From Chlamydiae bacterium SM23_39 (GTDB taxonomy: Bacteria > Chlamydiota > Chlamydiia > Chlamydiales > SM23-39), in contig LJUH01000003.1 in NCBI GenBank assembly GCA_001303765.1, forward strand, positions 1 to 43,889: a stretch of 43,889 bases of DNA, in the 5' to 3' direction. A program made the translations under genes and the position numbers. The notes below the pieces were generated by a model that was given only the letters and a program-made list of their open reading frames with translations, ran no database searches and was not told the DNA's origin. Shown in pieces: positions 1 to 8,546 of the stretch. Each line of letters opens with the position of its first letter. Positions within the stretch are counted from its first letter, which is position 1.

Positions 1-185
1 AATCAGCTATAAGATTAAATCTTAATCCAAATCTTTTTCTTCTATTTCTGTATCTGTCACCGATAATTTTAAATCTTTTAATAAATCCTATAACATTTTC
101 ATTCATAACTTCTTAAGAGGAAAGGTTTTTATTAAAATTTTTTATTTTTTTTGTTAAGATTCTTTTGATTTTTTTCTTTTTATCC
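1..185 (-). pseudogene. Degenerate IS5-family (ISL2/IS702-like, DDE_Tnp_4) transposase C-terminal fragment
   Basis: The minus strand of 109..2 reads VMNENVIGFIKRFKIIGDRYRNRRKRFGLRFNLIAD, a typical C-terminus for this group. Just upstream there is an in-frame stop (NKNLSS*E) and the frame is disrupted. Confidence 0.8.
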
Positions 186-525
186 TGACTTCCGAGGTTT
201 TTTGACAATTAATTTTATAACCGACTAAAAACAAAGGCATTATAAAATTTTATCGCTTACATTTTTAAAGGTCTCCGCACGATTAAAGAAATTTTATTTT
301 TGATGTATAAATAAAATTTTTGAACCCCTTTTTAAGAACTTTGAATGCTATTTTTATAAAACTTTGAAACAGTAATTTTGTTTTTGATGATTTTTATCAT
401 GTTATTTGAACCATATTTGATGCTTTAATCAAATTAAAGCATATGGCTTTCAAGTAAAATTGAGATGTTACTCATAAATGTTCCTATAATTTTTTGATTA
501 TGCAGCATTATAAAGTAAAATTTTT

Positions 526-543
526 AGTTATGCAAAAGGGCTA
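526..543 (-). mobile_element. Putative left terminal inverted repeat of the IS5-family relic
   Basis: Minus strand TAGCCCTTTTGCATAACT resembles the TAGACCTCTTGCA(T/A)AA-type ends I recall for this IS group, and its orientation matches the transposase fragment. Confidence 0.4.
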
Positions 544-758
544 TTATCAAAAAGTTTTTTTTGAAATTAAGAGTTTAAGAAAATTTTTTATAAAAATAGT
601 TTTAAAAACATTTGTTAGTAGAAAGATTATTTTTTTAAAAATTTTTTTTATAAAATTTTAGTTAAAAAATTTTTAAATATAGTTCTTTTTAAAAACTCAA
701 AGTTAAAGATGAATAAAATTTTATATAAAAAGTTTTTGTTATTTTTGATTATTGTAGA

Positions 759-767
759 TGCTATAAT
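759..767 (+). promoter_or_regulatory. Extended -10 promoter (TGcTATAAT) of the MFS gene, possibly leaderless
   Basis: TGCTATAAT lies 8 nt before ATG776 and there is no SD sequence. Confidence 0.5.
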
Positions 768-775
768 AGCAATTT

Positions 776-2014
776 ATGACAGATAAATTATCTTATCCTA
801 CTGATATTTTTCAAAAGACAAGAAATTCTATTTTATCGTTTAACATTTTTAATGAAATTTTTGTGGCTTTTTTTGGACTGATGCCATTTATTTTAAGAAA
901 GGATTTGTTAGCTTCAGCTTTTCAAATATCTTTATTTACAATGATGAAACCAGCTGTCGCAGTTTTGTCTTTTTATTGGAGTTCTAAAATTATTAGAACA
1001 AAAGAAGGATTAAAATATAATGTAGTTATTGGAGGAATTTTAGCAAGAATTCCCTTTTTATTTTTTCCCTTTTTTAAAAATATCTGGTATATGATTTTTG
1101 CTTCAGCTATGTATATGCTTTTTTCAAGAGCTTCTATACCTGCATGGATGGAGATTTTAAAATTAAATTTAGATAAAAATACAAGACAGAAATTTTTTTC
1201 TTTAGGATCTGTTTTAGCATATGCTGAAGGGGTATTGATAGCTTTACTGATTGGAAGTTTTTTAGATTCTCATGTTAGCGGCTGGAAAACTATATTTGTT
1301 GTTAGTACTATTTTTGGATTGGTAGGCGTTTTTTTTCAATTTAAAGCTCCTATTTTTGGGGAAAATATTGTAAAAAATTTTGATGATAAAAAAAAGGTTG
1401 GAATAATAAAACCATGGAAAGAAGGGTTTGACTTATTAAAAAAGAGAAAAGATTTTTTAAAATTTCAGATAGGTACTTTTTTTAGTGGTTTTGGAATTAT
1501 GTTAGCAATGCCAGCATTAGCTTTATTTTATGTGGATAATTTAAGCCTTTCTCATACAGATATGACTATAGGAAGATATATATTTATGGGATTAGGATTT
1601 GTGTTTTTTTCACCTCTTTGGGCTAAGTTAATGAATAGATTTTCTGTTAATTTTTTAACAGGGTATGTGTGTATAGGATTTGCACTATTTCCACTTTGTA
1701 TATTTTTTGCTTTATTTTCAAAGATATGGTTTTACATAGCTTTTTTATTTTATGGAATAACACAAGGAGGAAGTCATCTTATTTGGAATTTGTCGGGGAC
1801 CTTATTTGCAAAAGATGAAGATAGTTCTAAGTTTACAAGGATGAATGTTTCTATGGTAGGAATAAGAGGACTTATAGCACCTCTTTTAGGAGGAGTTCTT
1901 TGTGAGATAATAGGACCTATAATACTATTGTTTATCTCTGGAGCTATCTCTCTTTTTGGAAGTTTTTGTATGTTCAGAAAAAAAATTTATTTTTTTCAAA
2001 AAGAATCTTTTTAA
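776..2014 (+). CDS. MFS transporter
   Basis: 414-aa-class size (412 aa) with about 12 hydrophobic segments in two halves and MFS-like loop motifs (PLWAKLMNRFS). Confidence 0.85.
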   Translation: MTDKLSYPTDIFQKTRNSILSFNIFNEIFVAFFGLMPFILRKDLLASAFQISLFTMMKPAVAVLSFYWSSKIIRTKEGLKYNVVIGGILARIPFLFFPFFKNIWYMIFASAMYMLFSRASIPAWMEILKLNLDKNTRQKFFSLGSVLAYAEGVLIALLIGSFLDSHVSGWKTIFVVSTIFGLVGVFFQFKAPIFGENIVKNFDDKKKVGIIKPWKEGFDLLKKRKDFLKFQIGTFFSGFGIMLAMPALALFYVDNLSLSHTDMTIGRYIFMGLGFVFFSPLWAKLMNRFSVNFLTGYVCIGFALFPLCIFFALFSKIWFYIAFLFYGITQGGSHLIWNLSGTLFAKDEDSSKFTRMNVSMVGIRGLIAPLLGGVLCEIIGPIILLFISGAISLFGSFCMFRKKIYFFQKESF

Positions 2015-3255
2015 ATTGTTTTATATTCAATTTTTTCTTTTTTTGAAAGTTTATATATTGAGAAAAGAGCTAATATAGAGATTGGGAGAAGATAAAAATA
2101 GAAAGAGAGTATTAACCCTGTCTTTTTTAAAATCCAAAGAGAGATAAATGCTGTGGGTTTTCCAATAGCTTGTGATCCTATAGCAAAACTTAATGCAACT
2201 ATTTGATATCGCATTTTAGGATGGATTTTTTCTTGAATAACACTGTGGATAGAAGCAGAAAAAGAAGCACCTATTAGAATAAAAAAAGTTCTTATCATTA
2301 TTATTTGAAAAAGAGATCCATTTTTTAGATTAAAAAAAAGAAAAGGAGTAAAGATTATCATAGAAAGTATCGAAGAGATCATCATTTTTTCTTTTTTAAA
2401 TTTTTGCATCAATATTCCAAAAAGAGGAAGACAAATAATATCGAAAAAGAGTAGATGGGTATTTAAATTCATAGAAGATGTTAAGGTTATATTTGTTATC
2501 AAAGGAAGGTAGCTATTAAACAGTATTATAGCTGTGATATAGAGAGAATAACTAAATCCTATAATAAATAATAAAGGTGTTATTATCGATATATTTTGAA
2601 AAATGGTTTTTAAAGGCTTTTCTTTTTTATTTGATCTGTTTAATGTAAATTCTTTGGGTTCTTCTGTTTTTATTCTTATAAAAAATGCTAAAAAAGCAGT
2701 TATAGCAGCTATGAAAAATAAATATCTCCAATAGTTTTCTATAAGCTTGAGAGAGCTGAACATAGAGATAGCTAAAGAAGCTAGAAATATTCCTAAAATA
2801 GAAGAGGTTTGATATAAGCTGCTGAAAAAATTTTTTTTGTTTTCTTCACAATTTTCTAAAACAAAAATTGCTCCTCCAGGAGTTTCTCCTGAAGAAAAAA
2901 ATCCTTGGATTATTTTTCCTGTTGCTAATAATAAAGGAGCAAAAAAACCAATTTTATTATAAGTGGGAATCAATCCTATAGAAAAAGTTGTTATAGACAT
3001 TCCTAATATTGTTATAAAAAGAGCTTTTTTTCTTCCTAAAGTATCTCCAATATATCCAAAAAAAAGAGATCCTATAGGTCTAGAGATTAAACCTAAAGAT
3101 AACATAGAATAGGTTAGGATGAGGGCGGTAATAGTGGAAAAATTAGGGAAAAAGTAGGGAGCAATAAAGGGCACTAAAAATCCGAAGATAGCATTATCAT
3201 AATGGTCTAAAATGTTTCCTAAACATCCAGAAATCAAAGCTCTTTTTTTTGACAT
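2011..3255 (-). CDS. MFS transporter, MHS/ProP family; probable thiamine or thiamine-precursor transporter (ThiU-like)
   Basis: Motifs GNILDHYD, RPIGSLFFGYIGDTLGRKKAL and QGFFSSGE are MHS-family signatures; a TPP riboswitch lies directly upstream. Confidence 0.85.
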   Translation of the reverse strand: MSKKRALISGCLGNILDHYDNAIFGFLVPFIAPYFFPNFSTITALILTYSMLSLGLISRPIGSLFFGYIGDTLGRKKALFITILGMSITTFSIGLIPTYNKIGFFAPLLLATGKIIQGFFSSGETPGGAIFVLENCEENKKNFFSSLYQTSSILGIFLASLAISMFSSLKLIENYWRYLFFIAAITAFLAFFIRIKTEEPKEFTLNRSNKKEKPLKTIFQNISIITPLLFIIGFSYSLYITAIILFNSYLPLITNITLTSSMNLNTHLLFFDIICLPLFGILMQKFKKEKMMISSILSMIIFTPFLFFNLKNGSLFQIIMIRTFFILIGASFSASIHSVIQEKIHPKMRYQIVALSFAIGSQAIGKPTAFISLWILKKTGLILSFYFYLLPISILALFSIYKLSKKEKIEYKTI

Positions 3256-3283
3256 AATACCTCTAAAATTTAGGGGTATTATG
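3253..3283 (-). promoter_or_regulatory. RBS/start-codon sequestering hairpin (riboswitch expression platform)
   Basis: RNA CAUAAUACC-C-CUAAA-U-UUUAG-A-GGUAUUAUG: the inverted repeat buries the SD (GAGG) and the AUG. Confidence 0.8.
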
Positions 3284-3293
3284 CTGATCTTTA

Positions 3294-3368
3294 TTCACTC
3301 TCCCTACGATAGTATTATCTATATCAGGTTGTGAGGGTATCTCTCAGCAAAAATGCACCCCTGGTGAA
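3294..3368 (-). ncRNA. TPP riboswitch (THI box)
   Basis: Minus strand CACCAGGGGUGC-auuuuu-GCUGAGAGAUACCCUCACAACCUGAUAUAGAUAAUACUAUCGUAGGGAGAGUG contains the GGGGUGC, GCUGAGA, ACCC, ACCUGAU, UAAU and CGUAGGGA consensus elements. Confidence 0.93.
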
Positions 3369-3418
3369 AAAATCTATTTTTTTAAAGATTAGTTTAGTAT
3401 TTTGAAGAAAAAAAAACA

Positions 3419-4318
3419 ATGGATTTTCAAAGGATAAAAAAAGAATTTTTAGATTATTTGCAATTTATTAGATCAGCATCATCTCATACTCTGAGAAATT
3501 ATGAGATAGATCTTAAATATTTTAAAAAATTTGTTGAAAATCTAAAGATAAAAAAAATAGATAAATGGATTATAAGGGATTATATCTCTTATTTAAGAAA
3601 GAACAATAAAAAAAATAAGACTATTTTAAGGAAAATATCTTCTTTAAGATCTTTTTTTAAATTTGCAGTAAGTAGAAAATTTATTTTAAAAAATCCCATG
3701 GAAGATATACAAAGTCCTAAAAGAGAAAAAATATTACCTAAAATTTTATCATGTGAAGAGATAAAACTTTTTTTTGAATCTACTAATCTTTCCAACTATT
3801 TAGGATTAAGAGATAGAGCTATCTTTGAAATATTATATAGTTCAGCTCTTAGAATATCCGAGTTAGTCTATTTAAATAGAGAAGATATAGATTTTGAGAA
3901 TAATATGGTTAGAATAAAGGGAAAGGGAAAAAAAGAAAGAGTGATTCCTATTACAGATAATGGAATCTATTGGATAAAGAGGTATTTATTTCATGAAGAT
4001 AGAAAAAAAGATACAAAAAAAAATAAAAAGGAAAAAGATAAAAAAGCTGTTTTTTTGAATAGATCAGGAGAAAGAATTTCTTGTAGATCGGTTGATAGAA
4101 ATTTTAAATATTATTTAAAAAAAATAGGATTTTCTTCAGAAATAACACCCCATATTATAAGACATAGTATAGCTACCCATTGGTTGGAAAGGGGTATGGA
4201 TTTAAAAACTATTCAGTTGTTGTTGGGACATAATTGTTTATCTACTACAACAATATATACTCATGTAACTTCGAAATTAAAGAGAAAGGTTTATGATAAA
4301 ACTCACCCTAGAGCATAA
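3419..4318 (+). CDS. xerC: Tyrosine recombinase XerC
   Basis: SAM-like N-terminus, LRDRA..LYSSALRISE, HxxRH, LLGH..LSTTTIYTHV, C-terminal HPRA; HWLERGMDLKTIQ matches chlamydial XerC. Confidence 0.9.
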   Translation: MDFQRIKKEFLDYLQFIRSASSHTLRNYEIDLKYFKKFVENLKIKKIDKWIIRDYISYLRKNNKKNKTILRKISSLRSFFKFAVSRKFILKNPMEDIQSPKREKILPKILSCEEIKLFFESTNLSNYLGLRDRAIFEILYSSALRISELVYLNREDIDFENNMVRIKGKGKKERVIPITDNGIYWIKRYLFHEDRKKDTKKNKKEKDKKAVFLNRSGERISCRSVDRNFKYYLKKIGFSSEITPHIIRHSIATHWLERGMDLKTIQLLLGHNCLSTTTIYTHVTSKLKRKVYDKTHPRA

Positions 4319-4322
4319 AAAA

Positions 4323-4680
4323 GGGAAAGTAGGTAAGCCGGATTCTGTCAAATATTTTTAAATATTTGGGCAACCATTTGTCTAGGATATTTGTTATCAA
4401 ATATCTCAAGCGACTAGCTTAAGCTTGTTATGTAGAAGATCACGTAAGCCTTTTCAGTCTTGCTTCGGATAGGGTTTGCATCACTTTGAATCTCTTCAAA
4501 AGATAATAGTTTTTTTAAACTATTATTTTCATCCTTAAAAGATTAAAAAATCTTTAGGTATATTTTCTGTTGCACTTTCCGTAGTTTTTTAAAAAACTCC
4601 CAGCCGTTAACTGGTATCCTCTTCTATGAAGTCCAGACTTTCCTCTTTAAAAAAATTTAAAGCAGTTGCCTTACTTTCCC
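4323..4680 (-). ncRNA. rnpB: RNase P RNA (type A)
   Basis: Minus strand has GAGGAAAGUCUGGAC (5' P4), GGAAAGUGCAACAGAAAA, GCAAACCC..GAAGCAAG and ACAGAAUCCGGCUUAC (3' P4). The termini GGGAAAGUA/UACUUUCCC form P1. Confidence 0.96.
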
Positions 4681-4689
4681 TTAAAAATT

Positions 4690-5460
4690 TTATAAAGAAT
4701 TTCTCTTTTTTCTTCTCCTTTTTTTAGGAGCTAATTCAGTTCCTAATAATTCTTCACTTTCTGGTAAAAATAGTATTCTAGAACAATGTTCACAGAAAAC
4801 TAATCTTTCTGCTTTTCTTACTAAATTTTCATCTTGTGCTGTAAGTACAATATGACATCCACCGCAAACTCTGTTTTCTAATGGTACAACGACTCTATCT
4901 TTTTTGTTATTTAAAAGGCGAGTATATATTTTTAAAATTTCTGGATCAGCTTCTTTTGCTATTGCATCTCTTTTTTCTTTTAATATTGAGCCCTCTTCAT
5001 TTAATTTTTTAATTGTTGCTTTAATCTCAGCTTCTATTGTTTTACTACTTTCTTCAGAAGAAGTTAAACTTTCTTTTATCTTATTTAATAGCTCTTCTTC
5101 TGTATTTTTTTTATCTATAAGATCAGAAGCTTGTTGTTCTGTTGTTATCCTTTCTCTTTCTTTTATACTCATCTCTTTTGTTAAAGCATTAAATTCTTCT
5201 ACTTTTTTGATAGCACTTTGTTTGGATTCTAAATTCTTTATATGTGATTTTATCTCTTGGATTTTATTTTCTAGGAGATCTATCTCTTTTGTAAGTTGAG
5301 AAATTTCTTTTTCCTTATTATCTTGTTGGGTTTGTAAATCTTTTTTTAAAAATTCTACATGATCTAATTCTTTTTTTCTCTCTTTTTTTAGAAGCATAAG
5401 GCGGATCATTTTCATATCCAACTCTTGTATTTCTAAAATAATTTTAAGAGGTTTAAACAT
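4690..5460 (-). CDS. cdsZ: Coiled-coil protein with C4-type zinc ribbon (CT398/CdsZ family)
   Basis: Long coiled coil followed by VCGGCHIVLT...FCEHCSRIL and a basic tail; lies immediately upstream of rnpB. Confidence 0.8.
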   Translation of the reverse strand: MFKPLKIILEIQELDMKMIRLMLLKKERKKELDHVEFLKKDLQTQQDNKEKEISQLTKEIDLLENKIQEIKSHIKNLESKQSAIKKVEEFNALTKEMSIKERERITTEQQASDLIDKKNTEEELLNKIKESLTSSEESSKTIEAEIKATIKKLNEEGSILKEKRDAIAKEADPEILKIYTRLLNNKKDRVVVPLENRVCGGCHIVLTAQDENLVRKAERLVFCEHCSRILFLPESEELLGTELAPKKRRRKKRNSL

Positions 5461-5480
5461 AAATAATACCTTTACAATAT

Positions 5481-5508
5481 ATTATGGTTTTTAAATAAAA
5501 ACCATCAA
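5481..5508 (-). promoter_or_regulatory. Putative sigma66 promoter of cdsZ-rnpB overlapped by a perfect 10-bp inverted repeat
   Basis: TTGATG-16 nt-CATAAT on the minus strand; palindrome ATGGTTTTTA-aa-TAAAAACCAT at 5484-5505. Confidence 0.5.
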
Positions 5509-5569
5509 GAAAAATAATTTTTTGAATACAAAAAATATTTTTATAAATACTATTCCTTTTAAAAACAAT

Positions 5570-6349
5570 TTAAAATCGTATTTCTCCACTTACATTTATA
5601 GCATTTTGATCAAAAAATCTGCTCTCTAAATTAATTGAAATACCATTTTTGTTATTGATAGCAGCACCTATAACTAATCCAAAATTTTTTTTATTTTTTA
5701 TTTTCGAACAGATAAAATCGTCGATAATGTCTTGGTTGGGGTAAGGATAGCGAATAAGGCCTTTATTTCCTGGATAAGGAGTGATAGTAGAATATAAATA
5801 GCTAGCACCTATGTAAGGGAAGAAGGGAGATATTTTATAAGATATAGCTATAGAACCTTGTAGTTCTTCATATAAAAATCCAAAACGGGAAAATTCTATT
5901 GTAAAAATTTTTTTGTTTATAAAAAAATTATTGAGTTTTTGTTTTGTTTTAAAATATTTTCCATCTACAGCTAAAAAAAATTTTTTTTTATGAAAAAATA
6001 ATAATTTTAACCCCGTCCCCCAAGAAAAACTCTTATCTGTTTTAATTTCTCTATCTATATTAAAACTTGAATTTCCTAAAATGCCATAGATGTCTAGTCT
6101 ATTTTTAAAATTAAAGGATAGTATTGCACTATCCATTTTTAAATTAAAAAAAGAATCTTTGGAGGTTTCTGTTATTATCTCATCTTCGTATTTTGTTTTA
6201 TATATGTTGCTATAGAGATAACCTGCTTGGAATTTAAAATAGTTTTTTTTAGTAAAAATACCCTTTTTAAAAAAACGGGGATGAGAGGGATTTCCTACTT
6301 CTACACCATGAATAAGAGAGGTAGCAATAATAAATAATAATATTATCAT
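5570..6349 (-). CDS. MOMP/OmpA-like outer-membrane beta-barrel protein
   Basis: Signal peptide followed by VGNPSHP (compare MOMP VGNPAEP), amphipathic strands (RLDIYGILG, FSWGTG, PYIGASY) and a C-terminal ..GEIRF. Confidence 0.75.
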   Translation of the reverse strand: MIILLFIIATSLIHGVEVGNPSHPRFFKKGIFTKKNYFKFQAGYLYSNIYKTKYEDEIITETSKDSFFNLKMDSAILSFNFKNRLDIYGILGNSSFNIDREIKTDKSFSWGTGLKLLFFHKKKFFLAVDGKYFKTKQKLNNFFINKKIFTIEFSRFGFLYEELQGSIAISYKISPFFPYIGASYLYSTITPYPGNKGLIRYPYPNQDIIDDFICSKIKNKKNFGLVIGAAINNKNGISINLESRFFDQNAINVSGEIRF

Positions 6350-6522
6350 TTTTTAAATTTACATTTAATATTTTTTCTAAGAAAGCATTTTTTTGAAAAA
6401 TGATTTTTAAAAAATATTTTTTGTTGATAAAATTTTTTTAAAAAAAACTTGAATAATATTTTTAAAATTATCTATTCAAAGTATATGAGGTTATTGCTTT
6501 TTTAATAAAAGGAGTTATGAAA

Positions 6523-6813
6523 ATGGTTTTAAAAGAGACAATAAAAAAAATGCATGGAATGCTTTCTTCTATGAAAAAAGATTTAGAGAAAGCAGAAAAA
6601 GGAAATAGAGCAGCTTCTCAAAGAGTGAGGACAGGATCTGTAAAATTTTCTAAAGTATCAAAAATTTTTAGAAAAGAGTCTGTAGCTGCTGAAAAAAAAG
6701 GAGGAAAAAAAATGGCTAAAAAGAAAGTAGCTAAGAAAAAACCTTGTGCAAGAAAACCTTGCAAGGGTAAAACTAAAAAAACTTCTAAAAAATCTAAAAG
6801 AAAGAAAAAATAA
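6523..6813 (+). CDS. hctA: Histone H1-like protein Hc1
   Basis: MVLKETIKKM...DLEKAEKGNRAASQRVRTGSVK matches the Hc1 N-terminal domain, followed by a Lys-rich tail. Start moved to ATG6523 because SD AAGGAG ends at 6514. Confidence 0.92.
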   Translation: MVLKETIKKMHGMLSSMKKDLEKAEKGNRAASQRVRTGSVKFSKVSKIFRKESVAAEKKGGKKMAKKKVAKKKPCARKPCKGKTKKTSKKSKRKKK

Positions 6814-6820
6814 ATCTTTT

Positions 6821-6858
6821 ATATGCTCTTTTTATTTTTTAAAAAGAGCATATTTTTA
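6821..6858 (+). terminator. Intrinsic terminator after hctA
   Basis: ATATGCTCTTTTT / AAAAAGAGCATAT inverted repeat followed by a T-run. Confidence 0.75.
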
Positions 6859-6938
6859 TCTAAAAAATATTTTTATAAAAACTACTTGATTTTGCAATAT
6901 TTTTCAGGCAAGATCTTTTTAAAAAGTGAGGAACAATT

Positions 6939-7292
6939 ATGAATAAAATTTTGACTTTTATATTTTTATCTAGTTTATTATTTGCTGAAGAGGCTCCCGT
7001 TAGAAAAACTGGATATATAAATTCTTTAATAATGATTTTATTGGCGGTAGTCTTTTTTTATTTTATTTTATGGAGACCCGAACAAAAAAGAAGAAAAGCA
7101 GCTCAAGCACAAAGAGAGTCTTTGAAAGTAGGAGATAAAGTGACTGCTATGGGAATAATAGGTATTGTAGATAAAGTAGAAAAAGATACGATCGTTTTAA
7201 GAACATTAGATAATTCTAAAATAGAGATTCTTAAAGCTGCTGTTACAGAGGTTAAATCACAAGAAACTGAAGAGAGCAGTGCTAAAAAATAA
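6939..7292 (+). CDS. yajC: Preprotein translocase subunit YajC
   Basis: FFYFILWRPEQKRRK...LKVGDKVTAMGIIGIV. Confidence 0.93.
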   Translation: MNKILTFIFLSSLLFAEEAPVRKTGYINSLIMILLAVVFFYFILWRPEQKRRKAAQAQRESLKVGDKVTAMGIIGIVDKVEKDTIVLRTLDNSKIEILKAAVTEVKSQETEESSAKK

Positions 7293-7295
7293 AAT

Positions 7296-8351
7296 ATGAA
7301 ATATGGAAATTATCCTGATTTAATCGATATCAATAGAATTTTGGTTATTAAATTAAGACATTTAGGAGATGTTTTATTATCTACTGCAACTTTTAATGTT
7401 TTAAAAAAAAATTTTCCAAAGGCATCGATAGATGCTTTTATCAATAAAGAATCTTTTCCTATTTTAGAAAATAATCCAAATATTTCAGATATCTTAGTTT
7501 ATGATAGAAAGATAAAAAAATTAAATAGAATAGTTCAGGAATTAAAAATTTTAAAAAATATTAAAAAAAAGAAATATGATCTTGTTTTTAATTTAACTGA
7601 AGGTGATAGAGGAGCTATTTTAGCTTGGATAAGTGGTGCTAGGTATAAGATAGGTGTTAAAGATAAAAAGGGTTTTTTAGGAAAAAATAAAATCTATACT
7701 CATCTAGTAAAAAAGGGAGACAAATCTAAACATGCAGTTGAAGAAAATTTAGATTTTATTAGAAGAATAGGTATTTTTCCTAAAAAAGAGGATAGAGAAT
7801 TATTTTTAGATATTCCTAAAAAAGATTATTTGAATATGGAAAAAATATTGGAACAAAATAATTTTAAAAAAGGAAAATTTATTTTAATTCATCCAACTAC
7901 TAGATGGAGGTTTAAATCTTATCCTAAAATGAAAATATTGATAGAAAAATTATTAAAAAAAAATGAAAAAATTGTGATTACTGCAGGAGAAGATCTTTTT
8001 GAGAAAAAGATTGTTGAAGATATTATTTGGGGAATAGATTCTAAAAATATATTAAACCTTGCAGGGAAAACTTCTATAAAAGAGTTGGCAGCTCTTATCG
8101 ATTTAAGTAGATTATTGATATCTTTGGATACTTTTAATTTACATATTGCATCTTTTTTGAAAAAAAAAACTATTGTACTTTTTGGGCCTACAGATGAAAA
8201 AATATGGGGTCCTTGGAATAATGATAATGCGACTGTTTTATATCATGATGTTAACTGTAGACCCTGTTTATTGGATGGATGCGGAGGTAGTAAGATAGCT
8301 GATTGCATGTCTATGTTAGATGAAAATAGAATTTTAGAACTAATATCTTAA
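7296..8351 (+). CDS. Glycosyltransferase family 9 (RfaQ/WaaQ-like LPS heptosyltransferase)
   Basis: ILVIKLRHLGDVLL, NLAGKTSIKELAALI, LHIA..TIVLFGPT..WGPW, and CRPC..GC motifs. Confidence 0.88.
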   Translation: MKYGNYPDLIDINRILVIKLRHLGDVLLSTATFNVLKKNFPKASIDAFINKESFPILENNPNISDILVYDRKIKKLNRIVQELKILKNIKKKKYDLVFNLTEGDRGAILAWISGARYKIGVKDKKGFLGKNKIYTHLVKKGDKSKHAVEENLDFIRRIGIFPKKEDRELFLDIPKKDYLNMEKILEQNNFKKGKFILIHPTTRWRFKSYPKMKILIEKLLKKNEKIVITAGEDLFEKKIVEDIIWGIDSKNILNLAGKTSIKELAALIDLSRLLISLDTFNLHIASFLKKKTIVLFGPTDEKIWGPWNNDNATVLYHDVNCRPCLLDGCGGSKIADCMSMLDENRILELIS

Positions 8352-8388
8352 ATAACCTAAACCTTGGTTTTATTTAAATTTAGGAAAG

Positions 8389-8415
8389 TATAGTGGACCC
8401 CAAAAACTAGACCAC
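8389..8415 (+). mobile_element. Putative isolated IS3-family terminal inverted repeat
   Basis: TATAGTGGACCCCAAAAACTAGACCAC is a GC-richer island resembling IS911-type ends (TGAAGTGG...CAAAAACTGGCCAC). No transposase follows. Confidence 0.4.
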
Positions 8416-8546
8416 ATGCTAAACTCATAATTTCTGTAAAAAAAAGAACAAAAAAATGAACTGTCTTTCAAATTAAATGAGCTAGAATAAATTTATTTGA
8501 TTAAATTTTTTTGTTTTTGCTAATATTATTTTTAATAAGAATTGTT

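Noticed and set aside
3419-4318. Prophage or island integrase
   Set aside because: The sequence matches housekeeping chlamydial XerC, and there are no att sites or phage genes.
4626-4646. U instead of C in RNase P P4 (GAAAGUCUGG)
   Set aside because: It forms a tolerated U-G pair, so it is not evidence of altered function.
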